From Acinetobacter wanghuae (lineage in GTDB: Bacteria; Pseudomonadota; Gammaproteobacteria; Pseudomonadales; Moraxellaceae): DNA of 32,000 bases. Shown here in pieces: positions 17,664 through 27,980 of the stretch. The stretch covers positions 1,140,001 to 1,172,000 of the forward strand of contig NZ_CP045650.1 of assembly GCF_009557235.1 (NCBI RefSeq), read 5' to 3'. Under the pieces are notes generated by a model, which was given only the letters and a program-made list of their open reading frames with translations, had not been told where the DNA came from and ran no database searches. Numbering within the stretch: the first letter of the stretch is position 1; each line of letters starts with the position of its first letter. A program made the position numbers and the translations under genes.

Positions 17664-18398
17664 TTAGAAATTATCTTTAAGCGTGCGTAAATGCGTGAAT
17701 GCTTCAACGTCATTCGCGCGTAAAAATGGATTGGTTTCTAATTCAAGCTCAATCGTACTCGGTAATGTACATTGTCCGAGCAGACGTAACCGTTCGACAT
17801 GCGTATAACGCTCTTGAATAGCAAGATTGTCAGGTTCAACGTGTAGCGCGAACTTGGCATTTGAGAGCGTGTATTCATGAGTGCAATAGACTTGCGTGCG
17901 TGGTGGCAGGGCAGCAAGACGGTTTAATGAATGAAACATTTGCTCATGTGTTCCTTCAAAGACACGACCGCAGCCCATCGCAAACAAGGTATCACCAGAA
18001 AAAAGCACATCAAGTGCATCAATAAAATAAACAATATGCCCTAAGGTATGCCCCGGAACACTTATAATCTCGATGTCTAAATCATGAAAATTTACTCGGT
18101 CTTCATGTTGTAGCGCATGCGTTAAAAATGGAATTTTTGAGCTTTCAGCTTGTGGACCATATACCGGAATATTTGTCGATTCAATCAGCTCAAGCACGCC
18201 ACCAATATGATCTTTATGCCAATGCGTTAGCCAAATTTGGCTCAATGCTAAATTGTGTTCTGTGCAGTATTTCGTCACTAAAGACGCTTCAGTTGGGTCG
18301 ATCGCGACGACTTGTTTACTAGGCGTATGTTCAAGCAACCAAATATAGTTTTGTAGTTGGTTTTGAACATCAATACAGTGAATTTTAAAAGGCATCAT
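17664..18398 (-). CDS. gloB: hydroxyacylglutathione hydrolase (glyoxalase II)
   Basis: Metallo-beta-lactamase motif THWHKDHIGG, then VPGHTLGH and CTHEYT. GloB proteins start close to the xxIxxxxDNYIW region, so I chose the ATG at 18398 (MMPFKIHCID...NYIWLL) rather than the track start at 18446. Confidence 0.85.
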   Translation of the reverse strand: MMPFKIHCIDVQNQLQNYIWLLEHTPSKQVVAIDPTEASLVTKYCTEHNLALSQIWLTHWHKDHIGGVLELIESTNIPVYGPQAESSKIPFLTHALQHEDRVNFHDLDIEIISVPGHTLGHIVYFIDALDVLFSGDTLFAMGCGRVFEGTHEQMFHSLNRLAALPPRTQVYCTHEYTLSNAKFALHVEPDNLAIQERYTHVERLRLLGQCTLPSTIELELETNPFLRANDVEAFTHLRTLKDNF

Positions 18399-18486
18399 AA
18401 AAAAGTGTCCAAAATAATGGGGATATTCAATCAGGCATACATCCATAATTGAGTTATAAACGAAAAAATCTCAAGATTAATGCTCT

Positions 18487-19098
18487 TTAAACTTTGTCAT
18501 TGACTGAAACGGGCTCGCCAATAGTATAGAAATGTCCGCCAGCAACATGATGGATGCTTTTCCAATCGTCACTGACTTCATGGAAATACCAATGCCCATC
18601 TCGAAAGACACGATCATCTGCATAGGCTGCAATGACTTCGCCAATGAATAGATCATGTTGCTGCTGATTGTGCGGTTCAGGAATGAGTTTACATAACAGC
18701 CAAGCACTGCAACCTTGGACTACAGGAATGTGATCATAAGATTCAAACTGAAATAATTCGACCCCAGATTGGCGTAACTTTTCTGGTGCAGCATATAGGC
18801 TCATATTGCCGACAGCATGAACCATTTTGAGTTGTTTCCGCGTCGGAACTTGTAAAGCAAAGAAGCCAGAACGTTCAATAATGTCACGGGTTTTGGTGCT
18901 TTTATCTAAAACCACGGTGACTTTTGCAGGTTGAAATTCAAGTGCACATGCCCATGCTGCTGCCATGACATCGGTATGCTGTTGATCCTGAGCAGACACT
19001 AAGACGGTGGGGCCATGGGTAATTAAGCGATAGGCTTTTTCCAATGGTACTGCTTTGAGATGCGGGAATTTAAAAGTATGGCTCATAAACATGTTCAC
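18487..19098 (-). CDS. flavin reductase-like (FMN-binding split-barrel) domain protein
   Basis: ITHGPTVLVSAQ...DVMAAAWACALEFQPAKVTVVLDKSTKTRDIIERSGFFALQVP fits the flavin reductase-like domain pattern. 203 aa. Confidence 0.7.
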   Translation of the reverse strand: MNMFMSHTFKFPHLKAVPLEKAYRLITHGPTVLVSAQDQQHTDVMAAAWACALEFQPAKVTVVLDKSTKTRDIIERSGFFALQVPTRKQLKMVHAVGNMSLYAAPEKLRQSGVELFQFESYDHIPVVQGCSAWLLCKLIPEPHNQQQHDLFIGEVIAAYADDRVFRDGHWYFHEVSDDWKSIHHVAGGHFYTIGEPVSVNDKV

Positions 19099-19236
19099 CG
19101 AATATTATTGTTCAAGCTTCAAAAAATCTGAACGGCTTTCTGTTTTTTCATCAATTGCATGTTTTTAGATGATAAAAACAGACCTATACAGATATTATCG
19201 CTAAAATTAGTGCATTGCAGAGAAAAGGAATATTTT

Positions 19237-20061
19237 ATGAAAATGTATCAGGTTGATGCCTTTAGCACCACTTTATTTAAGGGCAATCCTGCGGCTGTTG
19301 TTGTAACAGAAGACTGGTTATCTGATGATTTAATGCAAAATATCGCCTTTGAAAATAACCTTGCTGAAACTGCATTTGTACGTATTGTAGATGATGCCAA
19401 CTATGAGATTCGTTGGTTTACCCCAACTGTTGAAGTCGATTTCTGTGGTCATGCGACATTAGCAAGTAGCTTTGTTTTGTTTGAATTTTTCACATCATTA
19501 AAAACGATTCAATTTCATGTGAAAGATTTAGGTATTTTTATAGTCGATCAAGATCTTGACGGCAAAATTCGCATGAATTTCCCTGTGCGTGCACCAGTCA
19601 AAGTGAGCGATTATCCTGAGCTACTCAATAAAGTGTTCGATGTGCCGTTTAGTGAGGTCTATGTCAATCCTCAAGCCTTCATTTTGGTCTGCCATAACGA
19701 ACAGGATGTGATTCGCGCTCAGCCAAATTTAGCTAAAATTGCGGAAATTGGCGCGATTCATTATAAAAGTACCGCCATTACTGCAGTCGATCTTGATTTG
19801 AGTATTACCAGTGCTTCAAAAGATTATGATTACATTGCACGTTATTTTGCACCGCATAAAGGCATTGATGAAGACCCAGTGACAGGTTCAATGCATACTG
19901 GATTAGCGCCACTTTGGGCAGAGAAACTCGGTAAAACCCAACTAGTGGCTTATCAGGCTTCAAAACGTGGTGGCTTGTTGTATTGTGACTTGAAGGGGAA
20001 TGAGCGTATTGAAGTAGCGGGCTATGGCAAACTCTATATGGTTGCTGAGCTTTATCTTTAA
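19237..20061 (+). CDS. PhzF-family isomerase-like protein
   Basis: MKMYQVDAFSTTLFKGNPAAVV... and FCGHATLAS are PhzF hallmarks. ATG at 19237 is preceded by AAAAGGAA. The track start at 19159 is probably too far upstream. Confidence 0.8.
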   Translation: MKMYQVDAFSTTLFKGNPAAVVVTEDWLSDDLMQNIAFENNLAETAFVRIVDDANYEIRWFTPTVEVDFCGHATLASSFVLFEFFTSLKTIQFHVKDLGIFIVDQDLDGKIRMNFPVRAPVKVSDYPELLNKVFDVPFSEVYVNPQAFILVCHNEQDVIRAQPNLAKIAEIGAIHYKSTAITAVDLDLSITSASKDYDYIARYFAPHKGIDEDPVTGSMHTGLAPLWAEKLGKTQLVAYQASKRGGLLYCDLKGNERIEVAGYGKLYMVAELYL

Positions 20062-20193
20062 TCTGTGACAAAAAATGGTGTATTGTTCAAACAATGCGCC
20101 ATTTTAATAAAAATACACTATTCACTGTTAAAGCAGTTATTTAACATGCAATACATATAAAAACATTGATGATTTTTTCACACAGAGTAAATA

Positions 20194-22953
20194 ATGCAAT
20201 TACGTTTTAAACACTTAACGCTTTCTATTTTACTGGCATGTGGCACGACAAGCATTTTTGCACAGCCAGTATTGGTCAAATCTGAACAAAATATTGAAGA
20301 ATATCAATTAGAAAATGGCTTGAAAATTATTCTTGCGCCGAATGATAAAGAAAACAAAATCTTTATGAATACCGTGTATTTGACGGGCTCGTTGAATGAT
20401 CCACAAAATAAAGGTGGCTTGGCGCATTTACTAGAACACTTGGCATTTAAAGGCACAGAAAATATTCAAGGCGATGAATTTCAACGTCGTTTAGATCAAT
20501 TTACTTTATCGACCAATGCCAGCACTGACTATTACGCAACCAAATATACCAATATTATTCGTCCAGAAACCACCGCAATGAATGAGGTGATTTTGCTCGA
20601 AGCTGAGCGTATGGATAAATTGGTATTGCAAGAAAAGCATGTACCGACCGAAATTGATATTGTGAAGCGGGAACGTGAATTACGCTTAGATCAGCCATTT
20701 TCAGTGTTGATGGATCAGATTTTTAAATCGGCATATGGCAACCAATATTTGGGACGTTTACCGATTGGCGATTTAAAAGAATTACAATCGATCAAAATGG
20801 ATGAGCTGAATCAGTTCTACAAAACTTGGTATGCACCCAATAACGCTTATATCGTTATTTCGGGTAAGTTTGATAAAGCGGCTGTGCTGAAAAAAATTGA
20901 TCAAGATTTTAGCCCGATTAATGCACGTCCTGTACCTGCGCAAACCAAAGTGCCCGCGCTTCAACCAGAACAGATGAAGCAGCGTCAATTTACCGTGAAA
21001 AAGGGCAGTGATTATGCGCAGTTTAATGTGTATTTGACTGCAAATCAGGAAGCTGTAAAGCAGGCTTTAGCTGTATCACCAACACTATTTACACTGCAAC
21101 CGAGCGGGCATTTATATCAAGGCATTGTGGAAACAGGGCAAGCGACAGCAGTTCAGTCTACGACATGGTTAGATAAAGATTTTAATATGGTGTTTATGGG
21201 TGCGGTGTATGCGCCTAGCCATAATGTTACAACACTGAATCAATCCTTAATTTCAGGTGTTGAACAAGCGAAAGGGTTTAATGAATCCGAACTGAATCGC
21301 ATTAAAAATATGACGCGTAACCAAGCGGATAATATTAAAAATAATGCTGCTGCGTTGGGGTCACGTTTAAGTGATTATATTGTGGCCTATGATGGTGATT
21401 GGTCAAAATACTTTAAAGATTTGCAAGATGTGCAAAATTTAAAAGTTGATGAAGTGAATCGAACTTATCAAGCTTTCTTTAAGCCACAGCATCGTTTAAG
21501 TGGTGTGATTCAACCTACACCTGAAGATCAGAAAAAAGCCCAACAAGCTCAAGTCGAAGCCCCAAAAGCTACCCTTGATCAGCAAGCAATCACTGAAGAA
21601 CCTTTAAAAGATGTCCGTGTTTATCAGGCAGAAGTGCAGCAGTATGTGAAAGAGTCTAAAGCGTATTTGAACAGTAAAGAAAAGAAAATTCAACGCAGTA
21701 AGCTAAAAAATGGTATTCGATATGCATTGTTCCCAACCACTACGCGTGATGACAAAGTGTATGCCAGTATTGCTCTCGATTTTGGTACAGCGGAAACTTT
21801 AAAGCATAAAGCTGAAATTTTAGATTTAATGAGCTATTTGATTTTACGTGCATCGGATACACAAAGTTTACAGCAGATTTCAGACAAAACCATTGAGGTG
21901 GGCGGCTCGGCAAGTGTCAGTGCAGCAGGCAATGGTTTAAGCATTCAAATTGCAGCCAAGAAAGAACATTTTGATGACTATTTTAAATATATTTTAAATG
22001 TACTGAAAAATCCGATTTTTGAGCAAAGCCAGTTTGATTTAATTAAATCACAAACCTTAGCAAGTCTGGATCGTCCTTATACTGAACCCGATACTGTGGC
22101 AGCTTTGACTTTCTCGCGTATGGTCGAAAAATATCAACCGGGAGATTTGCGCTACCATTTCGAGCCTGAATTGGCAGTAAAACAGTATCAAGCGGCAAAT
22201 CGCGACCAAGTGAAAACGTTGTATCAGCAATTCTTTGAAACCCATCATGCGCGTGTTGCTGTCACCGGTGAGTTTCAACCCAAAACCATGCAAAAGCTGA
22301 TTAAAAATGAATTTTCAAATTGGAAAGCCAAAGAAAGTTATGCACGTTTAAGCAGTGAATACACCGCATATCCTGCCAAGAAAGTGCATGTATTGTCGGA
22401 GCAACGTGAGTTTGGTAGTTACAATGCAGCGCTTGCAATGCCAGTGGGTGCAGATCATGCGGATGTGCCTGCATTACAAGTGTTCCGTCATATCTTAGGT
22501 GATTCACAATTGTCTTCTCGTTTAGCACAAGAACTGCGTGAGAAGAATGCTTTGGTCTATGGCTTTAGTGCCAATATTCAGTTAAGTGAGTGGGAAAATA
22601 ATGGTGCATTGGGCATTAATGCCAATTATACCGCGGGTAAATCTGCTCAAGTGTCACAGGCGGTACATAAAGTCCTTCAGGAACTGTTGGCAAAAGGCGT
22701 AACCGCGCAAGAAGTGGAAGCAGCCAAAGCCAATATTTTGAAAAAACGAGTCAGTGCTTTAGAAGATGATCGTAATATTCACGGGATGCTATTGCCGCAA
22801 TTAGAAAAAGAGCGTGACTTGCGTTATCGTGAAAAGCGCGACCAAGCACTTGCGGCATTAACCAAAGCGGATATTGATCGTGTGATTCAAAAATACATCA
22901 AGCTAGAGCACTTGATGGAAGTGATGGCAGATCAGTACGGGCAAAAGATTTAA
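20194..22953 (+). CDS. secreted M16 (pitrilysin/insulinase-type) zinc protease, two-module PqqL-like
   Basis: Signal-like N-terminus LSILLACGTTSIFA, inverted zinc motif HLLEH (HxxEH) in GGLAHLLEHLAFKGT. The 919-aa length fits two M16 halves. Confidence 0.85.
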   Translation: MQLRFKHLTLSILLACGTTSIFAQPVLVKSEQNIEEYQLENGLKIILAPNDKENKIFMNTVYLTGSLNDPQNKGGLAHLLEHLAFKGTENIQGDEFQRRLDQFTLSTNASTDYYATKYTNIIRPETTAMNEVILLEAERMDKLVLQEKHVPTEIDIVKRERELRLDQPFSVLMDQIFKSAYGNQYLGRLPIGDLKELQSIKMDELNQFYKTWYAPNNAYIVISGKFDKAAVLKKIDQDFSPINARPVPAQTKVPALQPEQMKQRQFTVKKGSDYAQFNVYLTANQEAVKQALAVSPTLFTLQPSGHLYQGIVETGQATAVQSTTWLDKDFNMVFMGAVYAPSHNVTTLNQSLISGVEQAKGFNESELNRIKNMTRNQADNIKNNAAALGSRLSDYIVAYDGDWSKYFKDLQDVQNLKVDEVNRTYQAFFKPQHRLSGVIQPTPEDQKKAQQAQVEAPKATLDQQAITEEPLKDVRVYQAEVQQYVKESKAYLNSKEKKIQRSKLKNGIRYALFPTTTRDDKVYASIALDFGTAETLKHKAEILDLMSYLILRASDTQSLQQISDKTIEVGGSASVSAAGNGLSIQIAAKKEHFDDYFKYILNVLKNPIFEQSQFDLIKSQTLASLDRPYTEPDTVAALTFSRMVEKYQPGDLRYHFEPELAVKQYQAANRDQVKTLYQQFFETHHARVAVTGEFQPKTMQKLIKNEFSNWKAKESYARLSSEYTAYPAKKVHVLSEQREFGSYNAALAMPVGADHADVPALQVFRHILGDSQLSSRLAQELREKNALVYGFSANIQLSEWENNGALGINANYTAGKSAQVSQAVHKVLQELLAKGVTAQEVEAAKANILKKRVSALEDDRNIHGMLLPQLEKERDLRYREKRDQALAALTKADIDRVIQKYIKLEHLMEVMADQYGQKI

Positions 22954-22988
22954 AAATTTTTGCTCATCTAATCATGCCAATTTAAAAA

Positions 22989-23013
22989 AGTGTCCTCGAT
23001 AGGGCGCTTTTTT
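22989..23013 (+). terminator. rho-independent terminator after the M16 protease gene
   Basis: agtgtcc-tcgata-gggcgct (the stem includes two G-U pairs, so it works only on the plus strand) followed by tttttt. Confidence 0.6.
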
Positions 23014-23040
23014 ATTGCAACTTATTAAGCTTGAATAGCT

Positions 23041-24105
23041 TTAAAGTCGATAAAATGTCTGGGCATTATCATGAAAAATGGCTTTTAAAGCAGAAGGATC
23101 AATCTGCTGGATAATATCGCTAAAAGCATCAATGATATTTTCAAGATTGGTGCTGACTGAGTCCATCGGGAAGTTTGAAGCAAACATCACCCGCTGTGTA
23201 CCAAAGCAATCCAGCGCATGTTGGATCAATGGTGCGCTGAGTGAAACAATCTCATCCTTATGCGCAACCTGCTTTGACTGATGGAAACGATGTCCAAGCA
23301 CGGGCATAAATAAGCCTGACATTTTAGTATAGACGTTTGGGCACTCGGCAAGTTTGGCAAGATTTTCTTTCCAATCACTAAAAATAATTAAGCGATCTTG
23401 TTCGGTCTGTCCCGTATGTTTGCCCACAGCGCCAAACAGACCCACAGGCGTAGCAAAGTGATCAAGCACAATGTTCGTTTCAGGAAAATGCTGTGCCAAG
23501 GCGTAGACATCTTGTATTTGCGTCGAATAGACCCATGCATCAAAACTTAAGTTCTGCTTCGCCAAGGCTTCAAAGCCCTTTAAAAATTTTGGATTGCGAT
23601 ATAAATGCGCTTCATCTGCCCAAGCATAAACGCCTTTATCGTGGTGTACCGCAGCCATTTTACGAATGCCGAGAAATTTATCTGAGGCATCCGCATGCAT
23701 CTTCAGTAAATCTTTAAAGTTTTTATGCCGTGGATCGGCAGTGGCAACAATTGCAGCTAAATTTAAGTCTGCCTCATGAAAAGGAAGTTGCTCAATAAAA
23801 CGGGTTTCATTGACCACGCCAGTACCTTTGTGTTCATGCCAACTGGCTTCGACATGAATGACGTGTTCAACGGCATAACGCCCAATATCTTTTTTATAGT
23901 TTTGGGGTAAGTAGGGTGAAGTCAGATGCTGCGTGAGACCAATGGTGTCAATGACCGCCTTAGGTTTCATCAAGCGAATCATCTTATCCAAAAGTTTCGG
24001 ATGCTTGCCAAACAGTTTAACCGCTAAAGCCGCTGCATGTGGCGTGGTATAGGGATCCCACTGATGAATATGTGCATCGATTATGGGGAAGTTGAGTTGT
24101 TGCAT
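23041..24105 (-). CDS. amidohydrolase-2 family (TIM-barrel metal-dependent hydrolase) protein
   Basis: N-terminal IIDAHIHQWDP metal-binding motif, later VLDHFATP and ASNFPMD. 354 aa. Confidence 0.75.
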   Translation of the reverse strand: MQQLNFPIIDAHIHQWDPYTTPHAAALAVKLFGKHPKLLDKMIRLMKPKAVIDTIGLTQHLTSPYLPQNYKKDIGRYAVEHVIHVEASWHEHKGTGVVNETRFIEQLPFHEADLNLAAIVATADPRHKNFKDLLKMHADASDKFLGIRKMAAVHHDKGVYAWADEAHLYRNPKFLKGFEALAKQNLSFDAWVYSTQIQDVYALAQHFPETNIVLDHFATPVGLFGAVGKHTGQTEQDRLIIFSDWKENLAKLAECPNVYTKMSGLFMPVLGHRFHQSKQVAHKDEIVSLSAPLIQHALDCFGTQRVMFASNFPMDSVSTNLENIIDAFSDIIQQIDPSALKAIFHDNAQTFYRL

Positions 24106-24184
24106 GACAATCCGTGTCGGTCAAAAGTGTGAATGCTATTTATGGTTAAAAAATGGGCATAAGTCAATCTTTTATAAAGGATAT

Positions 24185-24207
24185 AAAAAAAGCCCCGAAG
24201 GGCTTTT
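24185..24207 (-). terminator. rho-independent terminator of the DUF3144-like gene
   Basis: agccc-cgaa-gggct stem. On the minus strand it is followed by ttttttt and sits directly after the stop at 24209. Confidence 0.7.
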
Positions 24208-24208
24208 C

Positions 24209-24604
24209 TTAGTGTTTATGCTCGTGGTCGTGTTTATTGGCATGAAACTCTTCGTTATGACGGAAACGTAAGTAGTTTTCAAACTGCTCGCAATATTCAT
24301 CATAGTTGTCTTCAAGCATCATTTGGAATTGTTGCAAGATATATGACATCACTTGATCTTTGGCATCACGCATTTCGTTGCCATCTTTAAAGTTATTGGC
24401 AGCCACCCAGGTATTGAAACGTGCAGTCCCAAATAACATCGCAGCACTGACCTGACCGCGTTTTTCAGCAGGTTTCTCTTGAGAACCTTTTTCCACACGA
24501 GAAAATTCGTTGGCTTGTTTAATAAATTCATCAGCACGTTCAAAGAAAGCCGCATTTAACGCTTCTTCTTCGGTTACATCGGTCGCTTCAATCTTTTGAA
24601 CCAT
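24209..24604 (-). CDS. DUF3144-like protein with His-rich C-terminus
   Basis: 131 aa. FFERADEFIKQANE...VSAAMLFGTARFNTWV matches my recollection of DUF3144. The tail is HANKHDHEHKH. Confidence 0.55.
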   Translation of the reverse strand: MVQKIEATDVTEEEALNAAFFERADEFIKQANEFSRVEKGSQEKPAEKRGQVSAAMLFGTARFNTWVAANNFKDGNEMRDAKDQVMSYILQQFQMMLEDNYDEYCEQFENYLRFRHNEEFHANKHDHEHKH

Positions 24605-24711
24605 GAATTTGTTCCTAACAATAAAATCTCAATGTTTAATTATAGGCAAAGCCTTGCAGAAACTAAACCTTTGACTTAATCTAAAAATAGCCTAAGTCGA
24701 GATTATTCGTC

Positions 24712-25344
24712 ATGCAAGATGCGATTGCGGTACAAAGTCTAAAAAGTGATATTGCTTTATTACGACAAAATATTTGGCCACCTGCCAACTTAGCCAATGT
24801 GGAAGGCTTGCCGATTTATTATGGTACGCCGTCACAAGTGGATGAATATTACAAACAATGGACGGGTTTGATTGAAAGGGCACAAGAGATGTTTCAGCCT
24901 TTTATGGAAGATGAAACGCTGGATGCCATTCATTTACCCAGTCATTTGAACTTGCCGTTGTTTTATTTTAATGTCGACCGTATTCGGATTAATAAAACCC
25001 GCGCCAAAGAATCGAAAACGTTTCGCGGTATTGCAAGTTTAATCGAAAAATGCGGGCAATTTGAGCCAGAGCAGATTCAAGCCATGCAACATTGGTTGAA
25101 TCATGACGACACGGCAGCATTGGTTGCGCATCGCGAATTTGTCGATTTAAGAACCTATGTGTTTCAGCATGGGCAGAGTGAATATACCCGAACTCGATTT
25201 TATGTGAACGGCATTGTTTTAAGTGTTGAGCATCATTTTGAATTGGTCGATGCAAGAGATAAACCACGTAAGCAACGTAGCGACAGTTATAACGATCCAT
25301 TAGCAGATAACAATACGTGGAAAGTCTTTGGCAAGTATCGTTAA
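24712..25344 (+). CDS. hypothetical protein (210 aa)
   Basis: Clean ORF with an ATG start, bounded by a strong terminator. No recognisable motifs. Confidence 0.6.
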   Translation: MQDAIAVQSLKSDIALLRQNIWPPANLANVEGLPIYYGTPSQVDEYYKQWTGLIERAQEMFQPFMEDETLDAIHLPSHLNLPLFYFNVDRIRINKTRAKESKTFRGIASLIEKCGQFEPEQIQAMQHWLNHDDTAALVAHREFVDLRTYVFQHGQSEYTRTRFYVNGIVLSVEHHFELVDARDKPRKQRSDSYNDPLADNNTWKVFGKYR

Positions 25345-25373
25345 GGATATTTGAAAATTTATTCTAAACCTAT

Positions 25374-25415
25374 AAAAAAAGCCTTCAAGTTGAGAGGTGA
25401 TTTGAAGGCTTTTTT
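25374..25415. terminator. bidirectional terminator between convergent genes
   Basis: aaaaaaagccttcaa-13 nt-ttgaaggctttttt, with A-run and T-run flanks. Confidence 0.7.
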
Positions 25416-25421
25416 GATGGA

Positions 25422-26879
25422 TTACTTAATGAGTTTACGGCTCACTAAGAATTGCTCAGTCGCTTCCAATAAACGTTCTGCATACACTTCTTGTTTGGCG
25501 GTCAGCCAACCTAAAACAAACCAATCACTGGCTTCGAGTTCGGTTTGTTGAATATAAGCCGCAGAAGATGCCAAGGTTTGATATTCCTGAGCCGCCAAAT
25601 GCGCGTCATTCAAAGCCTTACTGTATTTTTGCAAATTTTTGACATCATAAATATTGGTTAAAATCGGGAAGCTAAATTTTAACTCGTGAATACGCGCTGC
25701 CAATAAATCCAAATTTTCAAAATCATGTTGCTCAGTTTGATTCATCTGATCATATAAAGCTTTATATTGCTGCTGCAATGTAGTTTGAGCCGCTGTTTTT
25801 AAATCTTGTGCAGGTGCAGAATCATCCGTCAGGCTAAAAATCAGGAGCTCTAAATAATGGTGCACATTTAAGGTCGATTTGACCAAATTCACCAATTTTT
25901 CTTGTGCATATAAAATATCTTTTTCAAGATTGGTTGCGGTGGTCGGGTTTTGTAAGAAAGCACCCAAAGTGGCTTTCATATGTTGCAAATGCTTGAGATT
26001 TTCAAATTGCTGTTTAAATGCAGCGAGTTGATAGAACCATTTATCAGAGACTTGGCTGTGCCAATCTTTAAACAACAAGATGCTTAAATACAAATAATCG
26101 AGTGCGATTTGCGCTTGATCAATATGTTCTTGTTCAGCCACTTGTGCTGAAATTGCGGCAATATTTGGTAAAAAATGCTGCATTTGTTGTGCAATTAAAC
26201 CACTCAAATTTTTACTTGCAGCATCTTTCTTACTAAATTGGAATTCTTTGGCGTAAGTGGCAGGGCTGACTTGTTGACCCAATACCAATAAATTGCCAAA
26301 TTCAGCTTTGCTACGTACATCGAGCCACAGTTGGTATTTTTTAACCCATTCTGCGCTAAAGCTGAGTAGGGTCTGAATGGAACCTTTTTTCAGTTCAAAT
26401 TCAACTTCATGGATTTCTTGTTCGTTTGAAAGCGTACGTACAGCACCGACATCTAAACTGACTTCAATTTCAGCATCTTCGTATTCAATCACGCGTAAGG
26501 TACGCGCAATATCTGTTTCAAATTGCAGTTGTAATTGTTCAAAGTCATTGCCAAGTGCGCTCTGTAAAATTTGATAAGCTTCGCTGCCTGCGCTGTAAAT
26601 GCTTAAATCTAATGTAGGTGCTTCGCTGAGTTCACCGAAGTCATGATTGTGCTCGAAGCGTTCAATATGCGATTTGCCTGCGGCTTTTAGGGTTTGAATC
26701 CAACGTGTTCCTTCTAGGCGTTGGCGTAGGGCAGCACCAGATTGTGAAAGCTTACGATCGGGCGTATCAAAGTATTTTGCTTGAAGTTGAATTTTTTCTG
26801 ATTTTTTTGGGTCTAAGGCTTTGAGTAACGCTTGACGGCGTGCTGTTGGAATTTGAAATTTGAGTTCAACTTCAACCAT
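25422..26879 (-). CDS. CYTH and CHAD domain-containing protein (triphosphate tunnel metalloenzyme-like)
   Basis: N-terminal ExExK signature (MVEVELKFQI), a ~200-aa CYTH-like part, then a ~280-aa helical region consistent with CHAD. Confidence 0.7.
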   Translation of the reverse strand: MVEVELKFQIPTARRQALLKALDPKKSEKIQLQAKYFDTPDRKLSQSGAALRQRLEGTRWIQTLKAAGKSHIERFEHNHDFGELSEAPTLDLSIYSAGSEAYQILQSALGNDFEQLQLQFETDIARTLRVIEYEDAEIEVSLDVGAVRTLSNEQEIHEVEFELKKGSIQTLLSFSAEWVKKYQLWLDVRSKAEFGNLLVLGQQVSPATYAKEFQFSKKDAASKNLSGLIAQQMQHFLPNIAAISAQVAEQEHIDQAQIALDYLYLSILLFKDWHSQVSDKWFYQLAAFKQQFENLKHLQHMKATLGAFLQNPTTATNLEKDILYAQEKLVNLVKSTLNVHHYLELLIFSLTDDSAPAQDLKTAAQTTLQQQYKALYDQMNQTEQHDFENLDLLAARIHELKFSFPILTNIYDVKNLQKYSKALNDAHLAAQEYQTLASSAAYIQQTELEASDWFVLGWLTAKQEVYAERLLEATEQFLVSRKLIK

Positions 26880-27204
26880 GAGGATCTTCCTAGAATTTTA
26901 TATACAACAACGCTGAACTACGAAATAGCATCAATTTATGCTGAAAAAAGCGCGTCTAGGCAGGCATTGTTGTTTGATATGAGGCACAGATTGTAACGAA
27001 ATAAAGTCGAGATGTAAGACTTGACGAATGTTAAAAGCAGCGCCCTGATATTTTAACAAGTAAATGAATTGTATTGATAAACAGGGTTCTATCGAGTATC
27101 GAGAGTGTTCTGCGCATGTGAAAAAGCATGGCAAGATGCTTAAAATAAACTTTTATTTGTTTAAATTATCGGCTAATGTGAATAAAAAACATCAGGATGA
27201 TGCT

Positions 27205-27588
27205 ATGAATGCCCAAGTACAACCAAAATATGAAGATATACCTGAGCCACAGCAGCGTATGCCCATTAAACATTATCCAGATTTTTATCGTTTCTATTTA
27301 ACTGAACATCGCAATATCATGAGTCGCCGTTTGCATGTGGCAGGAAGTAGTTTGGGGCTGTATTTTTTTGGCAAAGCGATTGTGCAACGCAAACCTAAAT
27401 ATTTTCTTTATGGTCTTGCATCAGGTTATGCCTGTGCATGGGTTGGACATTTTATTTTTGAAAAAAACAAACCCGCGAGCTTTAAACAACCGTTGTATAG
27501 TTTCATTTCCGATTGGCGTATGTTCGCGGATGTGCTTCGTGGCAATATTAGCCTTATTGATCGTGCTTTTGATAAAATCCCATCTTAA
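27205..27588 (+). CDS. DUF962 / Mpo1-like membrane protein
   Basis: FYRFYLTEHRNIMSRRLHVAGSSLGL...WVGHFIFEKNKPASFKQPLYSFISDWRM fits DUF962. ATG at 27205 is preceded by AGGATGA. The track start at 27064 is probably spurious. Confidence 0.65.
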   Translation: MNAQVQPKYEDIPEPQQRMPIKHYPDFYRFYLTEHRNIMSRRLHVAGSSLGLYFFGKAIVQRKPKYFLYGLASGYACAWVGHFIFEKNKPASFKQPLYSFISDWRMFADVLRGNISLIDRAFDKIPS

Positions 27589-27721
27589 TATTACGACTTT
27601 GGTCGTGTTTAACACGTTAAACACTGAAATATTCAAAAACAGCTTGCAAGCAGAGTGTTAATATTCTATTAATTGTTTTAATCTTTGTTCAAATTTAATG
27701 AGATGAACAATAGAGTTTTCC

Positions 27722-27752
27722 AAGCCTGGAGTGACCTCTCCGGGCTTTTTTT
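27722..27752 (+). terminator. strong rho-independent terminator
   Basis: aagcctggag-tgacct-ctccgggctt (10-bp stem with one G-U pair) followed by 7 T. It lies 134 nt after the DUF962 stop. Confidence 0.8.
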
Positions 27753-27971
27753 ATGTCTGCTGTTTTATCAATTCACCTGAGCATGTCTGACTTGTGAGAC
27801 GGCTAATTGATGATTTAAAAAAAGGAGGCACTATTTGAACTTTGAACGTTTCCCCTGAACGTATCTTTCAAAGCCAAATAGGCCAAGCTGAAATGTTTGA
27901 GCTGTCTTCTTGTTATTATTGAAATTGATTTTAAAGCATTCACTTTGCTTGCCTATCCCTAGAAATAGGTA

Positions 27972-27980
27972 TTTTCCTAA
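27972..27980. repeat. target-site duplication (left) of the IS982-family element
   Basis: ttttcctaa directly abuts the IS end cccgaatc. An identical 9-mer abuts the other end at 28953-28961. Confidence 0.8.

Noticed and set aside
17660-17666. Stop codons of the 87-aa ORF and gloB only 1 nt apart with no terminator between them.
   Set aside because: Tight convergent packing is common. It more likely reflects uncertainty about whether the 87-aa ORF is real than a regulatory feature.
27335-27661. 108-aa plus-strand ORF overlapping the DUF962-like gene in another frame.
   Set aside because: The DUF962-like frame carries the conserved motifs. This frame gives a low-complexity hydrophobic peptide and runs past the real stop.
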